A DNA stretch of 64,000 bases from Candidatus Omnitrophota bacterium (GCA_035292445.1 DATDQB010000020.1:27484-91483); one strand, 5' to 3'. Positions 10,487 to 21,149 are shown, counted from the stretch's first letter. Made by a program: numbers and translations. The notes: generated by a model from the sequence alone, not told the origin.

Positions 10487-11448
10487 TTTTTCTTTCCCGC
10501 CTTAATAGGCTTCTCGAACATCCGCATGGTGGCCAATACCTCTTCCTCCATGTTATTCCTTAATTTAAAACCCGTTTTCTTTAATTTTGTAATTTGGTAA
10601 ACGAAGGGTTGCGCCTTCCGCTCCTTGTCCTTAACGGACAGATCGAGCTGAACCGATTTCCTATAATGGTCCTCGTAAATCTGCGCTACTTTTAAAGCGA
10701 CATCGCATACGGATAAACAACACTCACCGCCAAGATTGAAAATGCCATCTTGCCAGCGTTGAGGGTCCATCGAAAGGACATGCTCTAGCGCCCCCAGGAC
10801 ATCGGTCATCGCGATAAAATCGCGAAATGGATTTCCTTGAGGCACGATCCTTTGGGTTTCTACGGCGTCGCGACAAAACGCATTAAATACGAGTTGTTTG
10901 GCCGTTTCCGCGATCTCATCGTCCTGCGGGTAACCATAAGCATTGGAGAGCCTGAAGATCGCTGTTTTCATGCCCCCCTTACCATTAAGATCCGAAACTA
11001 TCTTTTCGGCTTCCCATTTTGACCGGGCATAATTGTTTTGCGGGTCCGCAGGGTACTGCTCATTGATGTCCCCCGATAATTGTCCGTAGATCTGGAACGT
11101 TGAGAAGTATATGAATTTCTTAATACCAAGCTGAGCCGCGTGATGCGCCGCATGCCTCGTTCCTTCCACATTGACCAACACAGCTAGATCGTTATTCTCC
11201 TGACATAATTTCTGCGGCAATGCGGCTAAATGAACGATGACTTCAGGGCTCTCTTGGTTCAAGGCCTGTTGGATCGACTTCTTATCTTGTAAATCCATAT
11301 AAACTACGCGGCAGTTTCCCTTTGCCCATACCGGGTACTGGCGCCTTGTGGTCGACAAAATAATATCGTCATGGGGCCGTTTTTCCTTAAGAAAACTTGC
11401 CAACCGCCCGCCGATGTAACCTAGTCCGCCGGTAATAAAGATCTTCAT
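10483..11448 (-). CDS. NAD-dependent epimerase/4-reductase (extended SDR)
   Basis: TGGLGYIG Rossmann motif and YARSK (YxxxK); follows rfbF, rfbG and the cupin epimerase. Confidence 0.85.
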   Translation of the reverse strand: MKIFITGGLGYIGGRLASFLKEKRPHDDIILSTTRRQYPVWAKGNCRVVYMDLQDKKSIQQALNQESPEVIVHLAALPQKLCQENNDLAVLVNVEGTRHAAHHAAQLGIKKFIYFSTFQIYGQLSGDINEQYPADPQNNYARSKWEAEKIVSDLNGKGGMKTAIFRLSNAYGYPQDDEIAETAKQLVFNAFCRDAVETQRIVPQGNPFRDFIAMTDVLGALEHVLSMDPQRWQDGIFNLGGECCLSVCDVALKVAQIYEDHYRKSVQLDLSVKDKERKAQPFVYQITKLKKTGFKLRNNMEEEVLATMRMFEKPIKAGKKK

Positions 11449-11454
11449 TTTAGA

Positions 11455-11892
11455 TTAATCCCAAGAATAAGGAATTGATGGGTCGGAGATCTCTAATTGT
11501 ACGGACTCCTTTGGGTTATGGGGCATATCCGTGCAATTGGCGATCATCGCCGGTCCGGTGCTTTTGGCTTTAAAAGAATACCAAACATTAGGGGGGATGC
11601 GCACCAGCTGATAATTACCCTCTCCGATCCTGATTTCCTGGACTTCGCCCTTTGTCGAGGAATCAGCACGGTCATCGTAAATGACCAGCTGAAGAACCCC
11701 GACAGGCACGGCGAAATGCTGCGTTTGTTTAAGGTGTTTTTTCCATCCCTTTATAAAGCCGGGGTTGACGGTCGAAAAATAAATTTCCCCAAACCGCTCA
11801 AAATAAGGGGCATCGCATCGAAGCATACGCTTGACACTGCCTCTTTCGTCGTTCATTTCTTTCAGTTTCTCAATGATGACGCCTTTGATCAT
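11455..11892 (-). CDS. RmlC-like NDP-4-keto-6-deoxyhexose epimerase (cupin)
   Basis: DERG, GFIKGWKKH and IPPNVWYSF cupin motifs. Confidence 0.85.
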   Translation of the reverse strand: MIKGVIIEKLKEMNDERGSVKRMLRCDAPYFERFGEIYFSTVNPGFIKGWKKHLKQTQHFAVPVGVLQLVIYDDRADSSTKGEVQEIRIGEGNYQLVRIPPNVWYSFKAKSTGPAMIANCTDMPHNPKESVQLEISDPSIPYSWD

Positions 11893-13025
11893 GGATGATT
11901 TTTAAGCTGCGACCATTTGATGTTTTGTTCTTGGGCTTTTTGAATATACTGTTGAATTTGTCCCATGGAAAATCGAACCATATCTTCCTTCTTTTGATAA
12001 TAAACCTTATACCACGCTGCTGTTAACTGCACTGTTTCTTTAAATGTTAACGCCGGACGCCAGCTCAGCCGTTGGTCGGCTTTATCGATCGATAATTGTA
12101 AAAGCGTTGCTTCCTTTCTCTCCCCTTCCAAAGCCGCATGCTCCCAACGGCCTTTTTGTTCCATAAATGTTGCGCTTAGCTCGACCAGCTCGGAAACGGA
12201 ATGGACATCCTGAACACGCGGCCCAAAATTGAACGATTCACCGGCTACACCGTCCGGATTTGTTAGAAGGGATGCTCCCAACCATAAATAACCGCTGATC
12301 GGCTCTAAGACATGCTGCCACGGGCGGGTGGCCTCTGGCTTTCGAATGAGGGCTTTCTGATTCTGGCTCCACGATCTCATGCAATCCGGGATGATCCTAT
12401 CTTTCGCCCAATCGCCCCCTCCGATTACGTTTCCCGCGCGGGCTGACGCGCATTTTATGCCCTCTCCTTTATTAAAAAATGACCGGCAATAAGCGCTGAA
12501 GGCAAGCTCAGCGCACGCCTTAGATGCGCTGTAGGGATCAGCCCCTCCTAGCCGGTCGGTTTCCTTATAACCTTGATTCCACCCGACATTTTCATAGCAT
12601 TTATCGCTGGTAATAATCACTACCGCTTTTACCGTCGGACTATTTTTAACACATTCAAGGACATTGACAGTGCCGCCTAAATTGGTATCAAAGGTGATTT
12701 TTGGTTCATCATAAGAATGACGGACGATAGGTTGGGCAGCCAAATGAAAAACTATCTCAGGCTTAAATTGAGCGAACGCTTTCTCAAGATCGCGGATAGC
12801 ACAAATATCCTTTCTGTGGTCCTTTAGTTTTTTCTTTAATGACAGGGCCTCGAAAAGACAAGGCTGCGTGGGAAGGTATTTGGAAAACCCGGCCACTTGG
12901 GCCCCTAAATGGACCAACCAAAGGCTAAGCCATGACCCTTTAAAGCCCGTATGGCCCGTGACCAGGACCCTTTTGTTCTTATATTGATTTTTGAATAGTT
13001 GGGGAGGGATTACCACTTCTTCCAT
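11889..13025 (-). CDS. rfbG: CDP-glucose 4,6-dehydratase
   Basis: VTGHTGFKGSWL, HLAAQPIV, ITSDKCY, DPYSASK, RAGNVIGGGDW and RPWQHVLEP. Exact start uncertain. Confidence 0.93.
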   Translation of the reverse strand: MEEVVIPPQLFKNQYKNKRVLVTGHTGFKGSWLSLWLVHLGAQVAGFSKYLPTQPCLFEALSLKKKLKDHRKDICAIRDLEKAFAQFKPEIVFHLAAQPIVRHSYDEPKITFDTNLGGTVNVLECVKNSPTVKAVVIITSDKCYENVGWNQGYKETDRLGGADPYSASKACAELAFSAYCRSFFNKGEGIKCASARAGNVIGGGDWAKDRIIPDCMRSWSQNQKALIRKPEATRPWQHVLEPISGYLWLGASLLTNPDGVAGESFNFGPRVQDVHSVSELVELSATFMEQKGRWEHAALEGERKEATLLQLSIDKADQRLSWRPALTFKETVQLTAAWYKVYYQKKEDMVRFSMGQIQQYIQKAQEQNIKWSQLKNHP

Positions 13026-13783
13026 GCGGGGCGGCCTTCTTCCCAAAGCGTTTTTAAATACTCATAATCCCTATGAGTGTCCATGCATTGCCAAAAACCT
13101 TTGTGCACAAAAACCTTCAATTGACCATCCCTGGCTAATTTGACGAGCGCATCCTTTTCCAAAACACACTGGTTATCATCGCTGAGATAGTCAAAAATCT
13201 TTTTGTTAAAAACGAAATATCCACCGCTGATCGAATTCTTATGGTCATGCGGTTTCTCGTTGAACGCAAGGACACGATCGTCCTCGATCAATAATTCGCC
13301 ATAACGCGATTGAGGAACGACCCCGGTGACCGTGCCGATCTTACCGTGCGCTCTATGAAATTTTAACAACTCCTTGATATCCATATCAATGACGCCATCG
13401 CCATAAGTCAGCATGAACTCGTCATCTTCTATAAATTTCTCGATCTTTTTGACACGCGCGCCTGTCATGACATGTTCACCGGTATCGACCAGCGTTACTT
13501 TCCACCCCTTTTCCAAATGGCGCGGATGGATCGTTATATTTGCTTTACCGAACTCCACGGTAAAATCGTTGGCGATCAATTCGTATTCATAAAAGAAGCG
13601 CCGGATCACTTCCCCCTTGTACCCTAAGCACAGCACAAAATCCTTAAACCCATAGTGCGCATATGTCTTCATGATATGCCAAAGAAGGGGCATGCCCCCG
13701 ATCTCGACCATCGGTTTAGGCTTGACCTCGGTTTCTTCCCGCAACCGGGTCCCTTGCCCCCCACATAAAATAACGACTTTCAT
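13010..13783 (-). CDS. rfbF: Glucose-1-phosphate cytidylyltransferase
   Basis: VILCGGQGTRLREETEVKPKPMVEIG, LTYGDG, GFWQCMDT and the terminal PAWKKW. Confidence 0.95.
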   Translation of the reverse strand: MKVVILCGGQGTRLREETEVKPKPMVEIGGMPLLWHIMKTYAHYGFKDFVLCLGYKGEVIRRFFYEYELIANDFTVEFGKANITIHPRHLEKGWKVTLVDTGEHVMTGARVKKIEKFIEDDEFMLTYGDGVIDMDIKELLKFHRAHGKIGTVTGVVPQSRYGELLIEDDRVLAFNEKPHDHKNSISGGYFVFNKKIFDYLSDDNQCVLEKDALVKLARDGQLKVFVHKGFWQCMDTHRDYEYLKTLWEEGRPAWKKW

Positions 13784-14814
13784 CTTTTTCCTTCTAGTAA
13801 GACTTGTTTTTCTTTGTTTGCGGCTACCTTATAGGGCCTCTTATGGCCCAAATTTCCCAATTTCCTAAAAAATGCCATGATCTTCCTGGGAAAATACCAA
13901 GTACCGATCAGATCAAAACAGAAAGACGCATTCTTATATTTCGAATCCCGCTCACCGCCCGCTTTTTTAGCTAACACCGTCAATACAGTTACATCCATGC
14001 CTCCGGGAATGGTGTCAAACTTGAATTCAAGGCATTCAAAACCGTTCTCGTTGAGCAATCTTAACAAAGAACGTTTAGAAAAATAGGCGAAATGCGTCAA
14101 ATCTATAGGCAAATTCTTGCCTCTCCATCGTCCGAATAGAATCCAGTCAAACACTGTTCCTATATCATAAGGAACTTCGAGATACACAAGACCTCCATCT
14201 TTTACAACCCCTCTTAAATGGCTGATCTCCTTTCGGATATCAACGCAATGCGCTAATACATCGCAAAATAGAACCATATCAACTCCATGATCAGATTTCA
14301 CCTGAGTGGACCAAATATTCAGCTTTTTCACTTTGGGGCTGCAAGATTCTCTGGGAATCGGGTCCAAAACGGTACACCGGTACTTTTCTTCCGCCAGGTC
14401 CTTTAGCATAAACCCGTCCCGGCCGCCGATATCATATATTTCCCTAATTTCCCGCTTATATTTTTTCTCGGCATTTTTAACCATACTATAAATGCGCGCT
14501 GAATAAGCGGAGAGGAATTCACTATTGTTATAAACGAAATCGCCGAAATCTTGGATACGCTCCTCCAGCCGAAAATAGGCATTGTTGTAGATTTCATTCA
14601 ATTCTTGCTCGGTAAAGAATTTGCTGTTGTAGAATAACCGGCACCCCATGCAGCATGAAAGCTCACCTGTAAGATATTCCTGTTTGGCAACCTTGACCAA
14701 AAATTCATCAATGGAAATATCCATGATTTCATTTGTGCCGCTTGATTTAATGGAAAAGGACAGTGAAAATGCCGGTTTATTAGCGCAAATAGGGCATGAG
14801 CTGTAATTTTTCAT
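13780..14814 (-). CDS. Class I SAM-dependent methyltransferase with N-terminal Cys motifs
   Basis: CPIC...CCMGC putative Zn site, YDIGGRDG SAM motif, DVLAHC, GGLVYLEVP and HFAYFS. Confidence 0.75.
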   Translation of the reverse strand: MKNYSSCPICANKPAFSLSFSIKSSGTNEIMDISIDEFLVKVAKQEYLTGELSCCMGCRLFYNSKFFTEQELNEIYNNAYFRLEERIQDFGDFVYNNSEFLSAYSARIYSMVKNAEKKYKREIREIYDIGGRDGFMLKDLAEEKYRCTVLDPIPRESCSPKVKKLNIWSTQVKSDHGVDMVLFCDVLAHCVDIRKEISHLRGVVKDGGLVYLEVPYDIGTVFDWILFGRWRGKNLPIDLTHFAYFSKRSLLRLLNENGFECLEFKFDTIPGGMDVTVLTVLAKKAGGERDSKYKNASFCFDLIGTWYFPRKIMAFFRKLGNLGHKRPYKVAANKEKQVLLEGKR

Positions 14815-14832
14815 TGTACGTTTGAGCCTAGA

Positions 14833-15960
14833 TTATGCATTAATAACCTCGTTAACCGTCTTGATAACAAAATCGCATTCTTGCTGTGTTAATTTCGGAT
14901 ATAAAGGTATGGAGATCGTCGAATCCCCTATACGCTCACAGACCGGGAAATCTCCCCGTTTGAAGCGATATTTATTTTGGTAATAGCTCATCAAATGGAT
15001 CGAGCGATAATTCACCGCGACCCCCACGCCCCTTTGCTGCAATTGATGGAGATACTCGTCTCTTTTTTTGGGGTCCACCCAAATGGTAAACAAATGATAG
15101 GCATGTTTGGTCCCGGGAAGCACGATCGGGTATTTAATATATTGATTCTTTTCAAAGGCTTTGAAAAAGCTATCGGCGATCTGTTTGCGAAGCTTTAAGT
15201 ATCCTTCGATGCGGTCGATCTGATGCAGCAAAAGCGCCGCTTCAATATTGCTCATATTGCATTTAAACCCGAGGAAGGCCATATCATAATGCCGGTATAG
15301 TTTTGTATAACGGTCGGCGGCGTCTGTGTCTAATCCATGCGACCTGGCTTTCACAAACCATTCATAGATATTTTTGTCCTGCGTTGATATCGCGCCGCCC
15401 TCTCCGCTTGTAATATTTTTCGTCGCATAAAAACTGTAACAGGAGATATCCGCCAATTGGCCGGCACGAATGCCGTCGCGTTCCCCCTCGAGGCAATGGG
15501 CGCTGTCTTCGATGATCTTCAAATTATGTTTTTTAGCTATTTCTTTTATTCTTTTCATGTCGCACATCTGCCCAAATAAATGCACCGGCAAAATGGCCTT
15601 GGTCTTAGGCGTAATGGCCCGCTCGATCAACGCGGCGTTTATGTTCCCAGTTTCAGCTTCACAATCGACAAAAACGGGCTTGGCATAGCACATTTCAATG
15701 GCGTTGGCGGTTGCCACAAACGACATCGGCGTTGTAATGACCTCATCGCCTTCGCCGATACCAAAATGTTTTAAAGACAATTCCAACGCGCTGGTACAAG
15801 AGGTCAACCCAACGGCATAAGGGGCACGGACATACGCCGCCAATTTCTCTTCGAACTTTTTTGTCCACTCCCCTGTGGTCAAAAAGATCGACTTGAGGAC
15901 TTTGCTCAGCTCGTCAATGTCTTCTTGGGAAATGTTATGTTTGAAAAATTCGACTTTCAT
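14833..15960 (-). CDS. DegT/DnrJ/EryC1/StrS family sugar aminotransferase
   Basis: PVHLFG, IEDSAH and SFYATKNITSGEGG (PLP lysine). Start adjusted to MKVEFF. Confidence 0.92.
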   Translation of the reverse strand: MKVEFFKHNISQEDIDELSKVLKSIFLTTGEWTKKFEEKLAAYVRAPYAVGLTSCTSALELSLKHFGIGEGDEVITTPMSFVATANAIEMCYAKPVFVDCEAETGNINAALIERAITPKTKAILPVHLFGQMCDMKRIKEIAKKHNLKIIEDSAHCLEGERDGIRAGQLADISCYSFYATKNITSGEGGAISTQDKNIYEWFVKARSHGLDTDAADRYTKLYRHYDMAFLGFKCNMSNIEAALLLHQIDRIEGYLKLRKQIADSFFKAFEKNQYIKYPIVLPGTKHAYHLFTIWVDPKKRDEYLHQLQQRGVGVAVNYRSIHLMSYYQNKYRFKRGDFPVCERIGDSTISIPLYPKLTQQECDFVIKTVNEVINA

Positions 15961-15967
15961 CGCTTGA

Positions 15968-16999
15968 TCAATGCATTTCGATTTTGCCATTAGCCGTATG
16001 GATGGGGACATGCTTCATCCACTCCAATTCCTGCCACCAGTCGGGATTGTCCCGATACCATTGAATGGTCTTTCTTAAGCCTTCCTCAACGCTCGTCCTC
16101 GCCTGCCAATCCAATAATTTCTTGGCTTTCTCCGTCGTGGCGCAGTGAAGCTGAACTTGGCCTGGGCGGTTGCCGATATAATCCAACAGGTCCTTGGATC
16201 GGTTAAGTTCTTTAAGGACCAATCTTGCTATATCCAAGACACTGACGGCCTTGCCCGTACCGATATTGATGATTTGATTCTTGATCTTCCCGAAATCTTT
16301 TATGTGAAGGGCCTTGTCAATGGCTTCACAGTGGTCTTCGACGAAGATCCAATCCCGTTTGGCCGTGCCGTCGCCATGGACCGTTAAGGGCTCGTTCTTA
16401 AGAGCGCTGGTGATGAACCGGGGCGTCATTTTTTCCAAATGCTGGCGGGGGCCGTAATTATTGAACGGGCGCAAAATTACGGCCGGGACGTCATAACAGC
16501 TCCAATAAGAATAGACCAAACGGTCGGCCCCGGCTTTGGCACCCGCATACGGCGACATCGGATTCAACGGGTGGTCTTCGCTTATAATATTCCCGATGGC
16601 TGTTCCATAAACTTCCGAAGTGGAAATGTGGATGAACCGCTCGATGTGTTTGAATTTGATCAAGGCGTTCATTAAGGTCTGTGTGCCGATAACGTCCGTA
16701 TGAAAAAATTTGGTGTTGTCAAAAATAGATCTGGCCACATGCGTTTCGGCGGCCAGATGAACGACCATATTGGCCCTTTCCATGAGATCATTAACAATAT
16801 AGGGGTTCGTCACATCGCCGTACCAGAACTCAAAACGCCCGGACTCTCTAATCTTTTGAGAGATATTCTTCTGATTACCGGCATAGGTCAAGGAATCCAG
16901 CACAACGAGATGGTACTCGGGGTATTTCTCGAATAAATATTGCAACAAGTTGCTGCCGATAAAGCCTGCAGCTCCCGTCAAAAGAATTATCTTCTTCAT
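15968..16999 (-). CDS. rfbB: dTDP-glucose 4,6-dehydratase
   Basis: TGAAGFIGS, DSLTYAGN, HLAAETHV, STSEVYG and NNYGPRQHLEK. Confidence 0.82.
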   Translation of the reverse strand: MKKIILLTGAAGFIGSNLLQYLFEKYPEYHLVVLDSLTYAGNQKNISQKIRESGRFEFWYGDVTNPYIVNDLMERANMVVHLAAETHVARSIFDNTKFFHTDVIGTQTLMNALIKFKHIERFIHISTSEVYGTAIGNIISEDHPLNPMSPYAGAKAGADRLVYSYWSCYDVPAVILRPFNNYGPRQHLEKMTPRFITSALKNEPLTVHGDGTAKRDWIFVEDHCEAIDKALHIKDFGKIKNQIINIGTGKAVSVLDIARLVLKELNRSKDLLDYIGNRPGQVQLHCATTEKAKKLLDWQARTSVEEGLRKTIQWYRDNPDWWQELEWMKHVPIHTANGKIEMH

Positions 17000-17841
17000 T
17001 TTCTCTTCTTTCTTAGGACATAAAGTTTTTGAATGCCGAAATCCCCGGAATTCTCGGTTTCCTTATATTGGGCAAAAAAGTTATTGATCGGATTCTCAAA
17101 TGAGTCTTTATCGCTCTTTCCCATAGTGAGGTACCTTAAAAAACGGGAGGCGACATAATAAATGCTCGAGAATTTCCTGACCGCCACTATATCAAAATAA
17201 GGCTTCAGGAATTCTTCGCATTTCGTCTCCTTCAAATATAAATTGAACTCATGGACTTTCAAAGGCTTCAAATGCGCCAATGCCCTCAAGGCATTCATCT
17301 TTTTGAGGCTTCCCTCAAAAGCTTCCGACATCAAATAGAGCCCTCCGGGCTTAAGAACGCGATGGATCTCCAGTATGGCCTTTTTTTGGTTCTTCCAATT
17401 CGGCAAGTTGATCAAGACACGAATGGTATAAGCTGCGTTGAAATGATCGTCTTGAAACGGGATATTTAAAATGTTGCCTTCAATAAATCGGATCCTGTCC
17501 TGAGGGTCCTTTTCTTTTTTCCGGCTCTTGGCAATGGCAATGGCTTTCTCACTATAATCGAAGGCTTCTATGCGGGCATCTTTGGCCTTCGCTACCTTAT
17601 AGGTGGAGAATCCATTTGAACAACCGGCATCTAAAATAAGTCCCCTGTCGGGTAAGTACGCCAAGATATTGTCAATTTCCAACTTCATCATATTTATATC
17701 GCCCCATGAGACCTCATTCGATGCTTTAAATTTCTCGGCATTAGACTCCCAGAAAGAATGGTTCATCCTCATCTTTCTTAATTCTTCATCATTAAGAGTT
17801 ACATTTAAACTTAACGGATTATGCGTGTTTTGACGGTTCAT
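16996..17841 (-). CDS. Class I SAM-dependent methyltransferase
   Basis: ILDAGCSNG and HRVLKPGG. Start adjusted to the ATG overlapping the upstream TGA (ATGA). Confidence 0.85.
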   Translation of the reverse strand: MNRQNTHNPLSLNVTLNDEELRKMRMNHSFWESNAEKFKASNEVSWGDINMMKLEIDNILAYLPDRGLILDAGCSNGFSTYKVAKAKDARIEAFDYSEKAIAIAKSRKKEKDPQDRIRFIEGNILNIPFQDDHFNAAYTIRVLINLPNWKNQKKAILEIHRVLKPGGLYLMSEAFEGSLKKMNALRALAHLKPLKVHEFNLYLKETKCEEFLKPYFDIVAVRKFSSIYYVASRFLRYLTMGKSDKDSFENPINNFFAQYKETENSGDFGIQKLYVLRKKRK

Positions 17842-19160
17842 TGGCTTAACTGGAACTGCTTTTGAGCTGTGAGGTCCTTTAAATATGAGAGATATTGCTT
17901 GGCCTGGTATTCTTGAGAACACATTTGCCTTAATTGATCGTTCGTCTTTTGTCCTGCGTTCTCGCTTGTTAAACATTCCCAAAGGGCTTGTGCATACGCT
18001 TGAGCATCCAATTCATTCACCAGCCTTCCGTCCTGGTCGCATTGAATAAGATCGCGCGCCACGCCGCGGTTAAAAGCCACGACCGGCGTGTGGCACATAA
18101 ATGATTCAATGACAACCCTCGGGCCAAAATCATCGATCGATGGGCAGGCAAAAATATCGGCAGCCTGAAAGGCCGACGCCATTTTTTGCTCGCCATTGAT
18201 ATGGCCCAAATGCTTCCAAGGAAAAGCCAGTTCAGGCGCTAAGAATCCCTCTGGATTACCTCCGAAAGTTGCAAGAACGACTCTGCCTTTAATGGCATTA
18301 GGCTCGTTTTCCATTCTCTTTTGTAACAGCCGCAGCGCCTCGATCAGGTAACTGGCCCCTTTTCTTTTGTTGGCTACATCTAAATTGAAACAACCGAAAA
18401 GAATGATCTTCGCTTCCTGGGGCAGGTCCCATTCCCTGCGGGATTGCCTTTTATCCCCTTTTCTGAAAATATCCGGATCGACGCCAAGCATAATGCGTTT
18501 AATGGGCTGACGTTTAAAGAGCGAGCTTCTTTCGATATGTTCCTGCACCCAGCTCGAGGCGGTGATCAAGTGGATCGGCAAACCATCCCAATTTTTCTTC
18601 TTTTCATCCCAGTTACGCCTTGATATATCGTTAACAAATGCATTCTTTAATTGGGGGCACTCACCGCAAGAATCTTCGAATTTCCGGCAATCATTATGAA
18701 AATGACACCCTCCCGTTAATGGCTCCATGTCCATCGTTGTCCATACAATAGGCGCGCAAGAATAATGCTGAATATCCCTGATGAGTTGCGGCGAAAGAAA
18801 AGATTGCACGGAATGTAAGCAAAGAATGTCGACTTTTTGTAAATATTTTTTTAACTTGTTCAAAGAAATAAAGGCAAGGCCGAAATTGAATATGGTCTCC
18901 GGGACCCATCTTATCTTCTTCAACTCCCAGCGTAATTTTGCCCAAAGAAATGGCAGGATACTTGGCCCTTTTTGAAAGAAATCTTTTAAAGGACGCAGCG
19001 GCCCTTCGCAGACCTGAATAACCGAATCGTCAACCCCCTTCTTTCTATAAACCAGCATCGTGGAATTCACCCCAAGCTTTCGCAAAGAAGTATGAAGCGA
19101 GTAAACCGCTTTTCCCGCGCCATCAAAATCGTTATTGGTCAAATGGATGATATTCATCAA
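17838..19160 (-). CDS. Glycosyltransferase family 4 (WcaC-like)
   Basis: GAGKA, VWTTMDMEPLTGGCH, CGECPQL, KRKG and PSIDDFGPRVVIES. Confidence 0.85.
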   Translation of the reverse strand: MMNIIHLTNNDFDGAGKAVYSLHTSLRKLGVNSTMLVYRKKGVDDSVIQVCEGPLRPLKDFFQKGPSILPFLWAKLRWELKKIRWVPETIFNFGLAFISLNKLKKYLQKVDILCLHSVQSFLSPQLIRDIQHYSCAPIVWTTMDMEPLTGGCHFHNDCRKFEDSCGECPQLKNAFVNDISRRNWDEKKKNWDGLPIHLITASSWVQEHIERSSLFKRQPIKRIMLGVDPDIFRKGDKRQSRREWDLPQEAKIILFGCFNLDVANKRKGASYLIEALRLLQKRMENEPNAIKGRVVLATFGGNPEGFLAPELAFPWKHLGHINGEQKMASAFQAADIFACPSIDDFGPRVVIESFMCHTPVVAFNRGVARDLIQCDQDGRLVNELDAQAYAQALWECLTSENAGQKTNDQLRQMCSQEYQAKQYLSYLKDLTAQKQFQLSQ

Positions 19161-19190
19161 TAGTCATGTAAAGATTGACGACTCGGCTGG

Positions 19191-21143
19191 CTATACAGTA
19201 ATCTTTTCCTTAGATTCTGGAGCGAGCTCTAATTTCTCGTCTTTTTGAATGGATTGTTTGGGTCGGGGCTTGATCTCTAGCTCTCGGCTGCCATAAATAG
19301 CACGGATTTTTGCATCTAAGACCTTCTGCACCTGAAGTGTAGAATTAATGCGTTTTTCAATGTGCTTGTATCCAATAATTTTGTGGAAAAGGTTACGCAA
19401 CTTGATCTTCCAATCCTTCAAACCAAGCGTCGGGTAGGCATCTTCTTTCTCCAAATTCTCGATATTCTCCAGAAGTGAAGTTAAGATGAGCGTCTCTTCG
19501 AAATTCCTTCCATAAGGCAGGAGTTCATCTAGAGGAATAATTTTTTCTTCTTTTTCTAAAGGAGAAAAGTCGCCTGTTTCGATGGCTTTAACCTTCATTT
19601 CTATTTCTTCGGTCACATCCTCCGGTTTAATTAACTTGAATTCCTTTAGGGCATTATCGTACTCTTTGCTCACAAAATAATATTCAAACAGAAGTTTGTG
19701 CTTATTGGGCAATTCTTCAACGTCAAACAGATTATCCAGCTTATATTCCTTGGCCTTTTTACAAAATTCCTCGAACCGCTCCATCCGTTTTAAATACGTG
19801 CTGTTGCCGTCCAGGCTTTCCCAATAAAGATGGCCTTTTGACAGATCGATCCCGTACTTTTCCGGATTGGCGTGGCCCGCCGAGCCCGGGTAATATTCAC
19901 AAAAGTTCAAAGAAGGATTGACCATGCTGAAAGCTTTTTTGTTATCCCTTAAGAAATCCATGAGGTATTTAAAATCGTCTTCCGTCTCCGTAGGCAGGCC
20001 GAACATGATATTGACGCTCACATAAAGGCCTGATTTCTTGCCTTCGCGGAGCACGGCGGCGATATCGACGTCCTTGCAAAGGTTCTTGCCCACATCCATC
20101 AACACTTTTAACGAGGGGGTTTCCATGCCGTAGCCCAAAAGCGTACAGCCGGCTTTTTTGAGCTTCTTGTAAAGAGGCATTCGCATTTCCTTGCGGATAA
20201 CGGCATTCTCAAGATTCCACTTCACCCTTTTGTTAAGCCCCGATTCGATCATCAGATCGCAAAATTTCTCCAGCTCGTTTATCTTTGAATTGGAAATGTT
20301 GTCGCACATGCGGAAATAACAGACGTTGGGGTATTGCTCTAATTGGTATTTGATTTCCGCGAAAACGCGTTCTGCCGTGCGCACGCGGAATTGGTTCATG
20401 AACCCGATGGCGCTGCAATAATTGCACTTATTCACGCATCCCCGCGTTGTGTACGTAGGCAAAGTATTGGGCTGATCGTAATATTTGAATTCAAAATCAC
20501 TGAAATCCGGAAAGGGCAGCGAATCCAGCTTTTTGATAAACTCGGCATGGGGCCCGCGGATCAACTTACCGTTATGTTTATAAACAAAACCGGGAACGGC
20601 TTGGCCCTCTTGGCCATTTTTGACCATCTGCATATAACCTAAAAGCGCATTCTCCCCTTCATCCTGGCTTATGGCATGGATATAATCCCGGGCCAGCAAT
20701 GTATCGGTATTTTCCATAAAGCTCGCGACGTCAGGTCCGCCTAACAGATGGATAAATTCTCCGGGCATCATATTGTGCATATCTTCAAAGAAGATCTCGG
20801 CTAATAACCGCGAGGAGCATTGGCAGGAACACCCTACAACGAGCGGATTTAATTCGCGAAGCCGTTGCATGTACTCAAGGAAAATGGCGCGATTCTCTTT
20901 ATAATAATGCTGCATCGCCTCGCGTTCCATGCAGTAATTATAACCATTGGCCATATCCCAATAGCGCCGGTACTTTTTCCCCCCAAAATTATAAGCATAC
21001 GCATTCAGGTCCAATACGGTACATGAAACGTCATTTTCCCGTAAAAAGCTTTTCAATAGTGCGGGCCCTAAAGGCGGGCATCCGACACCCCAGAACGGCA
21101 TCTGGATAATGACAAGATCGGTTTTATGTCCTTTTTTGATCAT
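19191..21143 (-). CDS. Cobalamin-binding (class B) radical SAM protein
   Basis: N-terminal PPLGPALL and LLGGP B12-domain motifs; TRGCVNKCNYC (CX3CX2C); GYGMET; long C-terminal extension. Confidence 0.88.
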   Translation of the reverse strand: MIKKGHKTDLVIIQMPFWGVGCPPLGPALLKSFLRENDVSCTVLDLNAYAYNFGGKKYRRYWDMANGYNYCMEREAMQHYYKENRAIFLEYMQRLRELNPLVVGCSCQCSSRLLAEIFFEDMHNMMPGEFIHLLGGPDVASFMENTDTLLARDYIHAISQDEGENALLGYMQMVKNGQEGQAVPGFVYKHNGKLIRGPHAEFIKKLDSLPFPDFSDFEFKYYDQPNTLPTYTTRGCVNKCNYCSAIGFMNQFRVRTAERVFAEIKYQLEQYPNVCYFRMCDNISNSKINELEKFCDLMIESGLNKRVKWNLENAVIRKEMRMPLYKKLKKAGCTLLGYGMETPSLKVLMDVGKNLCKDVDIAAVLREGKKSGLYVSVNIMFGLPTETEDDFKYLMDFLRDNKKAFSMVNPSLNFCEYYPGSAGHANPEKYGIDLSKGHLYWESLDGNSTYLKRMERFEEFCKKAKEYKLDNLFDVEELPNKHKLLFEYYFVSKEYDNALKEFKLIKPEDVTEEIEMKVKAIETGDFSPLEKEEKIIPLDELLPYGRNFEETLILTSLLENIENLEKEDAYPTLGLKDWKIKLRNLFHKIIGYKHIEKRINSTLQVQKVLDAKIRAIYGSRELEIKPRPKQSIQKDEKLELAPESKEKITV

Positions 21144-21149
21144 CAGAAC

